A stretch of DNA of 62,507 nucleotides from a virus (lineage: Duplodnaviria > Caudoviricetes), in the IMG/VR virus record IMGVR_UViG_3300036800_000162, positions 1 through 62,507 of that record; one strand, 5' to 3'. This document shows positions 8,797 to 18,193 of the stretch, piece after piece (position 1 is the first letter of the stretch; each line of letters begins with the position of its first letter). The notes beneath the pieces were generated by a model. The model was not told the DNA's origin and ran no database searches. It saw only the letters and a program-made list of their open reading frames with translations. Position numbers and translations under genes: made by a program.

Positions 8797-10356
8797 TTAC
8801 CCGGTCAGTTGCAGCACCCGCGGCTGCCCGGCGGCGCTGATCGCAAAGTTGCCGATGGCCTGGCCGAGTTGGGCGTTCTGCTGCAACGCCACGTTCATTA
8901 GCTGGCCGTACAGTTGCGAGGACAATTGCGTCTCATTAACGCCCTGTTGCAGTAGGTTCATTGCGATGTTCGCGCCCTGCGTCGCCGCCGTCTGATCGAT
9001 ATTCGAGAGATCCTGCTGCATCGCGCTCGTGTCGCCGCCGGTCTGCGCGTAGCGCGAGCGGATCGCCGCCTTGGCCTGATTGGCCGCTTGGGTGATCGAC
9101 TGCTGCACCCCAGCCGGCAGGGTACCGGATTGCAGGTAGCTCTGTAGCTGCTGACCCTGCGCCGACAATTGGCTGGCCTCGGATGACAGCGCGGCCTGCC
9201 CGGCAACCGGCGTGCTGCCCTTCAGCAGATCCAGGCCGATGCCGCCGAGCGCGGCGACCGGCGCCAGCGACTTCAGCGTAGAGCCGAAGCCGCCGCCCAG
9301 CCCGCTACCGCTTGCGTCGGCGGGCGTTGCGGGGATTGTCGGGGTCGCGCTCAATGCGTTAACGGCCTGATCATAGCCGGTGTCGCCGGGCGACGTGATG
9401 GCCCCCGTGGTTGGACTGACGACAGGCGATCCTTCCGCGATCGGTGCCGGCGGGGGCAGAATGTAATTGCCGCCAGCGCCGACCAGATCGGCATTGTTAC
9501 CGAGGCCGAGTGAGCGGGCGAGATTGCCGATCGAGTCCGATGCGCTGGGAGGCGCAGACGCTGGCCCACCAATGGTGCTCGGGTCAGCGCCAGTTGGTGC
9601 CGCGGCACTGGCATCGCCCGCGGTGCTGGCGAATAAATTGAGGTTGCCGCCAAGCAACCCGCTGCTGCCGCCTCCGAGTCCGCCGCTTGCGGCTGCCCCA
9701 CTCCCAGCAGCAGCGCCGCCACCACCGAGCGCGCCGCCAGCCACGCTGTTGGGGTCGAGGCCGCCCGTGCTGCCGGCCCCCGTCACTGCGCCGGGCGGGC
9801 CAAGCAGATCCGGCAATCCCGGAGTGCCAGGATCAGCCAGCGTCAGGCCGCCCGATGGCACGGCACCCGCAGGCGCCGCTGCGCCGGCCGCGCCAGCACC
9901 GGTCCCTACGTCGCCGCCCGCAGATGGTGCCGCCGCACCACCAGCCCCACCCGTCCCGCCGGCCCCAGCAATCAGTCCGCTCGCCAGACCGCCCGCGCCG
10001 CCGGTCAGCGCGCCGGTCAGCGGCGAGGTGCCGGTGATCGCGCCACCGACCGCGCCAGCGCCAGCGCCGGCCAGCACGTCACCGCCAACCGTGCCGAGAC
10101 CGGTAGCGCTACCAAGAGCCGGGCCTAGTCCGCCGACAGCGCCGCCGGTCAGGCCGCCGAGCAACGCGTCTCGGCCCACATTGCCGCCAGTGATCGCGCC
10201 AAGCAGCGCACCACCGCCAGCGCCCTCCAGGCCGCCAGCGATTGCCGGAGCAATGGTCGCCGCAAAGGCTGAATCAACCCCGACCGCTACCAGCGCGTCG
10301 CCGACCCCCTCCACGATCGCTGATGCGACTGCTGCAATGGCTGCGCCGATGCCCAT
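8797..10356 (-). CDS. Gly/Ala-rich DNA transfer/ejection (pilot) protein
   Basis: Hydrophobic glycine-zipper N-terminus, Q-rich C-terminus; follows the GNAT gene. Confidence 0.65.
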   Translation of the reverse strand: MGIGAAIAAVASAIVEGVGDALVAVGVDSAFAATIAPAIAGGLEGAGGGALLGAITGGNVGRDALLGGLTGGAVGGLGPALGSATGLGTVGGDVLAGAGAGAVGGAITGTSPLTGALTGGAGGLASGLIAGAGGTGGAGGAAAPSAGGDVGTGAGAAGAAAPAGAVPSGGLTLADPGTPGLPDLLGPPGAVTGAGSTGGLDPNSVAGGALGGGGAAAGSGAAASGGLGGGSSGLLGGNLNLFASTAGDASAAAPTGADPSTIGGPASAPPSASDSIGNLARSLGLGNNADLVGAGGNYILPPPAPIAEGSPVVSPTTGAITSPGDTGYDQAVNALSATPTIPATPADASGSGLGGGFGSTLKSLAPVAALGGIGLDLLKGSTPVAGQAALSSEASQLSAQGQQLQSYLQSGTLPAGVQQSITQAANQAKAAIRSRYAQTGGDTSAMQQDLSNIDQTAATQGANIAMNLLQQGVNETQLSSQLYGQLMNVALQQNAQLGQAIGNFAISAAGQPRVLQLTG

Positions 10357-10363
10357 GTCAGTC

Positions 10364-10834
10364 TCACAATGCCTTCACGTAAGCGATTTCGGTTGCAACG
10401 TGCCCAAGCCGCTCCAGCACCTTGCCGGCGCCTGGTATGTGCGCCTCGGTGGTGGTGTGCATAAACTTGGCGCCATCCTCACGTAGACACTGCTCGGCGA
10501 ACCCGAACAGGCCGAGCGCGGTGAACACCGAGCGGTGCTCTGGCGCTATGTAGAAGGTATCTCCCGTGGCCCAGCACGTTGTGCGATAGTGCAGGTGCGG
10601 CGCGACGAAATACTGCGCGTAACCGACCGCTTGGCCGTCATGGCACGCAACGAAGGTGCGCAGCAGACCCGCCTGTTCGAGTTTGTGGTACTGCGCGATA
10701 TCGATATCGAGCGGCATGTCGCCCTGCATGATGCCGGCTTCCTGCCAGTGCCGCACAGGCAGGTCGTTGAACCGCTCGCCCATGAACGCGTGCAGATCGG
10801 CGAACGACCAGCGGCGGAAGCTGTAGGCGCTCAT
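10364..10834 (-). CDS. GNAT-fold acetyltransferase-like virion-operon protein
   Basis: VGYAQYFVAPHLHY...DTFYIAPEHR...GKVLERLG; ATG 10834 coupled to upstream stop. Confidence 0.75.
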   Translation of the reverse strand: MSAYSFRRWSFADLHAFMGERFNDLPVRHWQEAGIMQGDMPLDIDIAQYHKLEQAGLLRTFVACHDGQAVGYAQYFVAPHLHYRTTCWATGDTFYIAPEHRSVFTALGLFGFAEQCLREDGAKFMHTTTEAHIPGAGKVLERLGHVATEIAYVKAL

Positions 10835-11382
10835 GGCGGCGCGCCGAGATCGGCCATCAGGTTCGCCAGCGGTGTTGATCGCGCGGCCAAGCCCTGCATC
10901 ACAGCGGGCATGTCGCATTGCAGGTTCTGTTCCGACAACATCTCCCACCGCGCATAATCAGCGGGCGCGCCGAGACAGGCTTGGTGTAGCTGGTCGCACA
11001 CCTCGAAATGGCGCAGCCCGTCAAACGTCACGACAAGGTCCGCGCGGGCGCGAAGGTCGGGATCACGCATCGCCGCGGCATAGCCGCGCAGCACGTTGGT
11101 GAACGCCGCGCTGCGGATGCCGGCGCGGGCGAAGCTGCTGACGACCTGATCCACCGGGCGGTGGATGAGGATCAGCCGCAGGTCCGGCACGCGCGCGACC
11201 ACGCCACGCCACACGGCGCCCAGCATGGTGTCCACCGCGCCCCGCTCGATCGCGAAAAACCCGTCGAGATCGTCCGCACACGTCATGTCCATGAAGATGT
11301 CGTGCGGCACGCCGAGGAACTGCGCGGTCCAAAAGGTCCGCGAGCGCGGCAGGCCCACCACCAGGAACGGCGTTTGCGGCAC
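10831..11382 (-). CDS. Sulfotransferase-like P-loop protein
   Basis: FLVVGLPRSRTFW (5'-PSB-like) and LIHRPVDQVVSSF (3'-PB-like). Confidence 0.6.
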   Translation of the reverse strand: MPQTPFLVVGLPRSRTFWTAQFLGVPHDIFMDMTCADDLDGFFAIERGAVDTMLGAVWRGVVARVPDLRLILIHRPVDQVVSSFARAGIRSAAFTNVLRGYAAAMRDPDLRARADLVVTFDGLRHFEVCDQLHQACLGAPADYARWEMLSEQNLQCDMPAVMQGLAARSTPLANLMADLGAPP

Positions 11383-11501
11383 GCAACTGATCCACGACAG
11401 GTCAGCACCTATAAAGCGCCAGCCGGCGGATTGCGCGATGCGAAAAGCCGGTTGTTTGCGGACGGTAATTGTGTTACCAGAACATCAGCCAGGAGGTTCC
11501 C

Positions 11502-11795
11502 ATGCGCCGAGTTCCGCTGTCCGTCAGTGCCTTGCTGCTGCTCGCCGGCTGCGGCGCGGCGCGCTACCACGAAGTCGGCGCGGCCGACATGACCTGGGGC
11601 GGCGCCAACTGGTCATGCGGCCACGCGATGTATGCCGCTTACCCGATCAGCAATGCCAGCTTCCTTGCGGGCTTTGTTGGCGGCGCGGCGGGTGGCGCGC
11701 TGGTCGGGCTGGCTGACGGTTCTGGCACAACAGCGCAACGCGTTGCGGTCTACCGCGCCTGCATGCTGCGGCATGGCTGGCAGCAGAACGGCTGA
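11502..11795 (+). CDS. Lipoprotein (opposite-strand moron)
   Basis: AGGAGG RBS; lipobox LLLAGC; glycine zipper; C-terminal YRACMLRHGW. Confidence 0.75.
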   Translation: MRRVPLSVSALLLLAGCGAARYHEVGAADMTWGGANWSCGHAMYAAYPISNASFLAGFVGGAAGGALVGLADGSGTTAQRVAVYRACMLRHGWQQNG

Positions 11796-12134
11796 CTACG
11801 GCCCGATCTTCAGCGTCTGGCACGCCTGGAGGAGTTCGTTGTAGTTCAGCCAGATCCAGGCTGCCAACTGGTTCGGATCGCGGAAATCAGTATGCAGCAA
11901 GTCATTGCTCTGCAAGCCGAGCACGCCGGTAAAGTCGATGTGGGCTTGTTGATTGTTATCGAGCCAAGTATCCAGGTCTTTGGGCGGGATCGGGTCTAGC
12001 TGATATTCAGGCAGTATAATGCTTTTCTGCGTCGCGATTGCCTGGCGTATCTGATTATTGCAGTCGTAGTTGTTGTATGACCAGATCGACCAGTCTTGCG
12101 CGTTGTGCGGGATGTTCAGCAATGCCGCGAGCAA
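11796..12134 (-). CDS. Virion-operon hypothetical protein
   Basis: 112-aa ORF with protein-like composition in the operon. Confidence 0.65.
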   Translation of the reverse strand: MLAALLNIPHNAQDWSIWSYNNYDCNNQIRQAIATQKSIILPEYQLDPIPPKDLDTWLDNNQQAHIDFTGVLGLQSNDLLHTDFRDPNQLAAWIWLNYNELLQACQTLKIGP

Positions 12135-12137
12135 CGA

Positions 12138-12380
12138 TCAGCCGCCTTTCCGCATCGCTGTCTGCATGTCAAGCCACGCGCAACCGAGCATCCCCGCCAT
12201 TTCCATCCCGTGGGTCACTCCGGCGGTAAGCGCTGACCATTTGCCGCCAGGTCTGGTGACGACGGCGACCATAGAAAGAAGATCGCCCCTCTCCGCATCA
12301 GCAAGCATCTCGCGCAGGAGCGAAATCGTATTTTCCTGCGCTGGCGATCGTGCAATCTCCAGCCTGACGGGGTTATTCAT
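12138..12380 (-). CDS. Hypothetical protein
   Basis: ATGA coupling; GGAGG RBS. Confidence 0.55.
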   Translation of the reverse strand: MNNPVRLEIARSPAQENTISLLREMLADAERGDLLSMVAVVTRPGGKWSALTAGVTHGMEMAGMLGCAWLDMQTAMRKGG

Positions 12381-12652
12381 CGCGGCCTCCGGCGTATATG
12401 CCCGGCTACCGCCACCCGCCCGCGCGGCACATACGGCGTCGCGCCGACGATCTCATCCTCGATCGGTTGCAGCGCCTCCGGCTTGGGTAGGGGATCGCCG
12501 TTCCAAACGCGCCCGTCCGCCATATCCCAGCGAAACTGGCTGCCGTCGCCGCCCCGGCCGTTCACGACGGTGCCGTTCGGCGTCTGCGCGATCATCCCGT
12601 TTGGATTTTCGCCCCCGCCCAGCAGCTTCGATAGATCACTCGGTAGCGCCAT
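12377..12652 (-). CDS. Hypothetical protein
   Basis: AGGAG RBS directly after the nozzle gene. Confidence 0.55.
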   Translation of the reverse strand: MALPSDLSKLLGGGENPNGMIAQTPNGTVVNGRGGDGSQFRWDMADGRVWNGDPLPKPEALQPIEDEIVGATPYVPRGRVAVAGHIRRRPR

Positions 12653-12661
12653 GTCAGTCTC

Positions 12662-15223
12662 CTACGCGATGGCCGTTTGTTCGAGATACCCGACGGTAAT
12701 GTTCCGTAGAACGAAGTCCGGGCTGGACGACGCCATGGTCAACCCAACCCCGACCGCCGGCACCTGCGGCATGCCGGCGCCGACACCGCACGCATAGACC
12801 GCACCCTGGCCGCGCGGCGCCACGAAGCTAAGCGGTGCGGCGAAAGGATACGAGCCTGACGGACAGGAAGCCAGCGCCTGCGTCACGCTGTTCACCACCG
12901 GCACGGCCAGGCCGTCCGCATCGATGCTGCCGCTGAAACTGAGACCGCCCTGGCCGGACGACAGATCCTCTGCGTCGATATAGAGCGAGTGCGTCATCTT
13001 GATCGTGAACGACTGGTTGCCGCCGAACTGCTTGCTGGCGACTACTTTGACCAGAGAGGCCGATGGGCGGTTCAGCAGCGGATACAGGCTCGCACCATCG
13101 GTGCCCCACGCTTGCGGGTTCGAGTTGATCTCCTGCGTGCCGATATAGGTCAACGCCGGCCCTTGCGAGACGACAAACGGTTCCGTTCCATCCCAACCAA
13201 GCATCACGTTGCGCGGCTTGAATGTGAACGGATCGGTGATGGTGATCAGCAGCAGATACACCAGTTGCGTATAGACATTCGCCACCGCCGCGGTCGGCGT
13301 CAGCGCGCCAGCGGTCGGCGGCAGCACCGCATTGGTGAACAGCCGGTCGAGCTTCTTGCTGACCTTGCGCACCGAGCCGCCATAGAGACCGTAAATGCCG
13401 AGCGCGTTGGCGAACAGGATGGTGTTGGAGAAGTCCTGCGCCGTGTCGCGCCAGGAGCTACCGATCTGCGGGTCGGTGTTCTGATAGCTGAACGTGGTGG
13501 TGGTCGGCGAGCCGCCGGTCTGCACATTGCTGATGACGCTGGCCGACGAGTCGCCGATCGCATAGAGGAAGTTGCTGGTCTGGCGCAGGAACGTGTACTG
13601 CGCGCGCAGGTAGCGGTCGGTGTTGGTGAAGATATCGCCGCCATCCGAGGTGGCGAAATCGGTCTGCGACTGCGGCGCGCTGACAAAGAATGTGCCGCCG
13701 TTGTTCTGCTTACCTTGCTGGTTCGGGTAGCTGATCCAGGCGCGCGCCTGATAGGTCTCGATCGAGGTGCCGGAGACGCCGAACGGCATCAGTTGCAGGA
13801 TCGCCGCCGCCGCGTTGTTCACGCCAGTCTCGACTTCGACGGCTGGCGCGCTGGTGTAGCCCGAGCCGCCGTTGGTCATGGTCACCGCGGTGATCGCGCC
13901 GCTGGTGATCGTCAAGGTGCCCGCCGCACCCGTGCCGTCGCCGCCCACGAAGGTGATCGTCGGCGTGCCGGTCAGGTTGGTGCCGCCGTCCACGATGGTC
14001 ACCGAGCCAACCGATCCGCCAGTCACCGAGGCGACCACCGCGGCACCCGAGCCAGCCGGCAGCGTGACGGTGGGCGCGACGGTATAACCGGTGCCGCCCG
14101 CGATCAGCGTTGTCGCGGCGACGACGCCGGACGCGTTCACGGTATAGGTCGCCTGTGCGCCAGACCCCGGCCCGCTGAACGCCAGCGGATAGGTGCCGGG
14201 CACATAGCCCGAGCCGCCGCTCGCGATCGCCAGCGCCGTCACCGCGCCAGCCGCCACCGTCGCCGTGATCGCGGCGCCGGAACCGGGGATCGGGAAGCCG
14301 ACAGCCGGGGTCGAGGTATAACCCGAGCCGCCGTTGGTCAGTGAGATGCCGGTGATCGCGCCGCCTGACGTGGTGAACGTCCCGGCCGCGCCCGTGCCGC
14401 CACCGCCCGTAAAACTGAGCGGGAACGTGCCAGTGGGGAAGCCGGAGCCGGCGGCAACCAAGGTGAGAAAGTCGATCACCCCGGAAGTCGCCAGCACCGC
14501 CTCCAGGATCGGCGTGTCATCCGAGCCGCCGCCGGAGAACGCGACCTGCACGATTTGGCCTGGCAGATAGCCGCTGCCGGGGTTGTCTACGGTGATCGCG
14601 ACGACCGAACCGTCAGCGACCACGGGGGTGAGTACGACACCCGAGCCGGTGCCGCCATACACGGTGTAGCTCGGCACGCTGGTGTAGCCGCTGCCGCCAT
14701 CCGTGATCTGGCCTACGGTGACCGGCGCAATGCCGCCCGCCGCGTAGAGCAGCGTACCATCCCAGATCCAGTAGTCGTTCTGCGTGTTGTGGTTGGCGAT
14801 CAGCAGATATTGCGTGCCGGACTGGCAGCATGTCGGCAACTGCCCGTTGGCCGCATTGTAGAACGTGAGCGCCGTGCTGCTGATCGTGGTCTGTGCGGCG
14901 GACGGATAGGCGACCTGCACCGCCGTGCCATCGGACAGGAACACCGCGACGTAGACCTGCGCGCCAATGTTGAACCAGAAGAACGACACGATCGTGGTGC
15001 CGCTTGACGCCGTGTAGAATGCGGCGCCGGCATCCCACAGCGTGCGCAGGTAGCCGTCGCCGATGCGGAGGTAGTTCTCTAACCAGAAGAACTCCTTGTC
15101 ATCGATCGCCGGGCGTGATGCGGATTGATTGAGGCCGGCGAACGGAAACGATGACCACGCCTTGAAGCCTTGCGGCAGCCCCATGCGCTGCTGTGCGGCA
15201 CCCGATGCGTTGCGTCCTGACAT
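12662..15223 (-). CDS. Tail nozzle/tubular protein B-like with inserted GSGY repeats
   Basis: 853 aa after the adaptor; FAGLN start and GIYGLYGGSVRKVSKKLD segment; central GGSGYT..P.V.F.GG.G.GA repeats. Confidence 0.65.
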   Translation of the reverse strand: MSGRNASGAAQQRMGLPQGFKAWSSFPFAGLNQSASRPAIDDKEFFWLENYLRIGDGYLRTLWDAGAAFYTASSGTTIVSFFWFNIGAQVYVAVFLSDGTAVQVAYPSAAQTTISSTALTFYNAANGQLPTCCQSGTQYLLIANHNTQNDYWIWDGTLLYAAGGIAPVTVGQITDGGSGYTSVPSYTVYGGTGSGVVLTPVVADGSVVAITVDNPGSGYLPGQIVQVAFSGGGSDDTPILEAVLATSGVIDFLTLVAAGSGFPTGTFPLSFTGGGGTGAAGTFTTSGGAITGISLTNGGSGYTSTPAVGFPIPGSGAAITATVAAGAVTALAIASGGSGYVPGTYPLAFSGPGSGAQATYTVNASGVVAATTLIAGGTGYTVAPTVTLPAGSGAAVVASVTGGSVGSVTIVDGGTNLTGTPTITFVGGDGTGAAGTLTITSGAITAVTMTNGGSGYTSAPAVEVETGVNNAAAAILQLMPFGVSGTSIETYQARAWISYPNQQGKQNNGGTFFVSAPQSQTDFATSDGGDIFTNTDRYLRAQYTFLRQTSNFLYAIGDSSASVISNVQTGGSPTTTTFSYQNTDPQIGSSWRDTAQDFSNTILFANALGIYGLYGGSVRKVSKKLDRLFTNAVLPPTAGALTPTAAVANVYTQLVYLLLITITDPFTFKPRNVMLGWDGTEPFVVSQGPALTYIGTQEINSNPQAWGTDGASLYPLLNRPSASLVKVVASKQFGGNQSFTIKMTHSLYIDAEDLSSGQGGLSFSGSIDADGLAVPVVNSVTQALASCPSGSYPFAAPLSFVAPRGQGAVYACGVGAGMPQVPAVGVGLTMASSSPDFVLRNITVGYLEQTAIA

Positions 15224-15226
15224 AGA

Positions 15227-16000
15227 CTACCACTCGGTCCAGTCCGCATAATAATCGGACACTCGCGCGCGAGCGCTCGACGCCGAGACGGTGGTGATCT
15301 GTTTGTAGTATTCGCCCTGGAGCACGCTCGCAGCTTCATATTGGTTCGACGCGAGTTTCCCAAGATACGCTGCCCAATAAGCAACGCACCGCTGATGGTT
15401 CTCCGGCAGAGCCTCGAAATCATCGTTGGTGTAAAGCGGCAGAGGAATGCAGAAACAATCCCATTCCATTTCGTTAACGTTGCTCGGCGCGGGCCACAGC
15501 CAAATGCGGCCATTCTGCCCGGTGCCGGTGTCGGACCACACAAACGGATAGCTGAACACGCCGATGTTGTAAGACCGCGCGTAGGCTTGCAGGTTATCCC
15601 ACGGCATCCAATTCTGCACCGGCCGGATCGCCCCGCCCCACGACACCGCCACATCAAACACGTCGATCACCTGGCCGTAGCCGCGGTATTGCTGCTGCAC
15701 GTATTCGTTCGCCAGCGCGTAGGCATACACTTCCTGCCCGGCGATTGTGTTGAAGCCGCAGGTCGGCGGCAGTCCCGCGACAGCACCGCCCGGCACCGCC
15801 GAGCCTGCTTGTGCTGCCGCGCCGAACGGCGCTTGGCCGGCGACGAGTGCGCGCAGACACCCGGTGTCCTGCGCCACCTGGTTGCGCGCGCCGTTGATCC
15901 AGCGGTTTAGTTGGAACAACCCCGTAAAGAGATTGCTCTGGTCGTGCAAAAGTGCGGCTGTGTCGATCTGGTAATCTTGTAGGGACACGGCGCCCCGCAA
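15227..16000 (-). CDS. Head-tail adaptor/tail tubular protein A-like
   Basis: LNRWINGARNQV...IWLWPAP...LPENHQRCVAYWAAY pattern; position. Confidence 0.65.
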   Translation of the reverse strand: MRGAVSLQDYQIDTAALLHDQSNLFTGLFQLNRWINGARNQVAQDTGCLRALVAGQAPFGAAAQAGSAVPGGAVAGLPPTCGFNTIAGQEVYAYALANEYVQQQYRGYGQVIDVFDVAVSWGGAIRPVQNWMPWDNLQAYARSYNIGVFSYPFVWSDTGTGQNGRIWLWPAPSNVNEMEWDCFCIPLPLYTNDDFEALPENHQRCVAYWAAYLGKLASNQYEAASVLQGEYYKQITTVSASSARARVSDYYADWTEW

Positions 16001-16006
16001 TCGACC

Positions 16007-17113
16007 TTACGCTGGGGAAATAAACGACGTGTCAACAAACCCGCCCATAGTGAGCGCCAGCACCCCAACCGTGCTTGGGCCTGCCGCGGCAGCCGGGTTC
16101 GCGTTGAACAACGGCGTCGGCACACCGCGATAGACACCGCCATCGACAATCACGCCGCCGATCACGAAGCCTCCGGTCGAGTTGGTCGGCACCCAGATCA
16201 CCGCCTGGCGCGTGCGCACCAGCAAATCCTGAATGTCCGGGTTGGTGTAGGCCGGGCCGCTCACCAACGCCGGGCCTGCGGCAGACAGGATGGCAAAGCC
16301 GGAGTTGCCATAGCCGGCACCCGCCGTGGTCACCGCATAGGTCGTGATGCCCCAGTTCATCAGCGCGGTCGCCGCGGCCGAGCCGGAACCGAACGACAAG
16401 CTCGGCACGGTGCCCGAGGTGATTGGGTTGCCGTGATCGACGCACAGCACCGCAGCTACCGTGCCGGCCCCGGTGAGAACGGCGGTCGCCGTCGCGCCGG
16501 AGCCGGTGGCGTCGCGCGGGTCGTTCACCAGATAGACCAACGGCGTGCCGCCACTATAGCCGGCACCCTCATTGGTCATGGTGATCGATGACACCACCCC
16601 AGCCGTCAGTGTCGCATAGGCGGTCGCACACACCCCGCCAGCCGGCGGCGGCGCAATCCAGACGAACGGCGGATAGGTGTAGTTGGTGCCGCCGAACGCC
16701 ACCGAGACGCTGGACACCAGCGGGCCGAGCACCGCCTGCCACTTCGACGCGCCCGCCGAAGCGATCACCGTTGGCGGCGTTGTGTAGGCCGAGCCGGCCG
16801 TCGTCACGGTCGCGCCAACCGCGCAGCCGGACTGGTTGGCGAGCCGGTAATTCACACCATCGGAATAGGAAAACCGCATGGCGTTGCTGTCGTCGCCGAC
16901 GCCGCGCCAGATCCCGGTGACGGGGTCAAGCATCTGCAACACGGTGTAGCGGCCAAGCTTGGCGTTCAACCACCCAGCGTTGCCGGTGCCTTGGCCGGGC
17001 TGCTGCGGGTTCAGGTTCGAGTTGAACACATAGGTCTCGCCAGCCTGCAAGGTCAGCGTGTTCGGCTGCCCGTAAGTGTTCAGCGGCTGACCCGATCCTC
17101 CGAAGAGTCGCAC
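16007..17113 (-). CDS. Structural protein, paralog 2 (GxGY repeats)
   Basis: Collinear with 17126..18181; shares DHGNPITSGTVP.L.FGSG. Confidence 0.7.
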   Translation of the reverse strand: MRLFGGSGQPLNTYGQPNTLTLQAGETYVFNSNLNPQQPGQGTGNAGWLNAKLGRYTVLQMLDPVTGIWRGVGDDSNAMRFSYSDGVNYRLANQSGCAVGATVTTAGSAYTTPPTVIASAGASKWQAVLGPLVSSVSVAFGGTNYTYPPFVWIAPPPAGGVCATAYATLTAGVVSSITMTNEGAGYSGGTPLVYLVNDPRDATGSGATATAVLTGAGTVAAVLCVDHGNPITSGTVPSLSFGSGSAAATALMNWGITTYAVTTAGAGYGNSGFAILSAAGPALVSGPAYTNPDIQDLLVRTRQAVIWVPTNSTGGFVIGGVIVDGGVYRGVPTPLFNANPAAAAGPSTVGVLALTMGGFVDTSFISPA

Positions 17114-17125
17114 GGTCGTGGTTCC

Positions 17126-18181
17126 TTACTGCTGCGCTGGCATGAGAAAGATCGTCGCGTTCACGCCGCCCATGGTGAGCGCCAGCACCCCCGTGGTGCT
17201 CGGCGGCTGTGCGGCGTAGATCGCCGGGGTCGGAATGCCTTGGTAATGGCCGCTGTCGATGATGGCGGCGACCGACGCCAGGCCGCCTGACGAATTGGTC
17301 GTAAGGTCGATCTTCGCCTCGCGCCAACGCGACATGCCCGTCGAAGAGAAGCCGCCGAGATACGCAGGCGTCGCGCTCACATAGCCGCCGGCAGCGGTTG
17401 CCGTGGCGGCGCCCGCACTGGAGGTATAGCCGGCACCGGCCGTAGTGACGCTGACGCTGCGCACTGCCCAATCCATCACCGCCGTGGCTGCCGCTGCGCC
17501 GGAGCCGAACGCGAGCGTCGGCACCGTGCCCGAGGTAATGGGGTTGCCGTGGTCGTTGCAGACCGCCGCAGTGATCGTGCCGGCGCCGGTCAGCGCCAGG
17601 GCGACCTGTCCGTTATAGCCGGTGATGTCGCGCCAGTCGTTCAGCACCTCGGTGTTCGGCGGCGCCAGGTAGCCGGCGCCCTGATCGGTGATGGTGACGG
17701 CCGAGATGGTGCCGTTGGCGATGGTGATGGTGCCGGCCGCCTGCACACCAGGCTGCGGCGGCTGCTCGATCCAAAGGATCGGCGGATAGGTGTAGCCGCT
17801 GCCGGCCACGGCAATCACCGCGGCCGTCGAGATCGCGCCGCCGACGATGGCGGTCCACAGTGACCCGCCGGCCGAGGCGGTGACCGCAGGCGGCGTGGCC
17901 GTGGCGTAGCCTGACCCCGCCGTCGTCACCGAAGCGGCAACGACACAGCCGGAGGTGTTGGCGATGCGCGTTGTGCGGCCGTCGAAGTAATGCAGCTTCA
18001 GCGCGCGCGCGTCGTCGCCCGAGAAGCGCCAGATATTGGCGATCGGATCGAACCGCTGGACGTTTGACTGGCTGCTCGGCTTGTACCAATACCACCCGGC
18101 GGCCGGCATGAACGTCTGCCCCGGCGCCAGGGCAAGCTCCGGCGAGGCAACCCGTGGCGCGGCATCCCAGAACAGGGCCAT
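17126..18181 (-). CDS. Structural (decoration-like) protein, paralog 1
   Basis: Directly after the major capsid gene; paralog of 16007..17113. Confidence 0.7.
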   Translation of the reverse strand: MALFWDAAPRVASPELALAPGQTFMPAAGWYWYKPSSQSNVQRFDPIANIWRFSGDDARALKLHYFDGRTTRIANTSGCVVAASVTTAGSGYATATPPAVTASAGGSLWTAIVGGAISTAAVIAVAGSGYTYPPILWIEQPPQPGVQAAGTITIANGTISAVTITDQGAGYLAPPNTEVLNDWRDITGYNGQVALALTGAGTITAAVCNDHGNPITSGTVPTLAFGSGAAAATAVMDWAVRSVSVTTAGAGYTSSAGAATATAAGGYVSATPAYLGGFSSTGMSRWREAKIDLTTNSSGGLASVAAIIDSGHYQGIPTPAIYAAQPPSTTGVLALTMGGVNATIFLMPAQQ

Positions 18182-18193
18182 CGGCGCGGCCTG

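Noticed and set aside
6892-8901. 669-aa + strand ORF (likewise 12989..14344 + and 21599..23437 -)
   Set aside because: Antisense to clear genes; Arg/Gly-rich shadow composition
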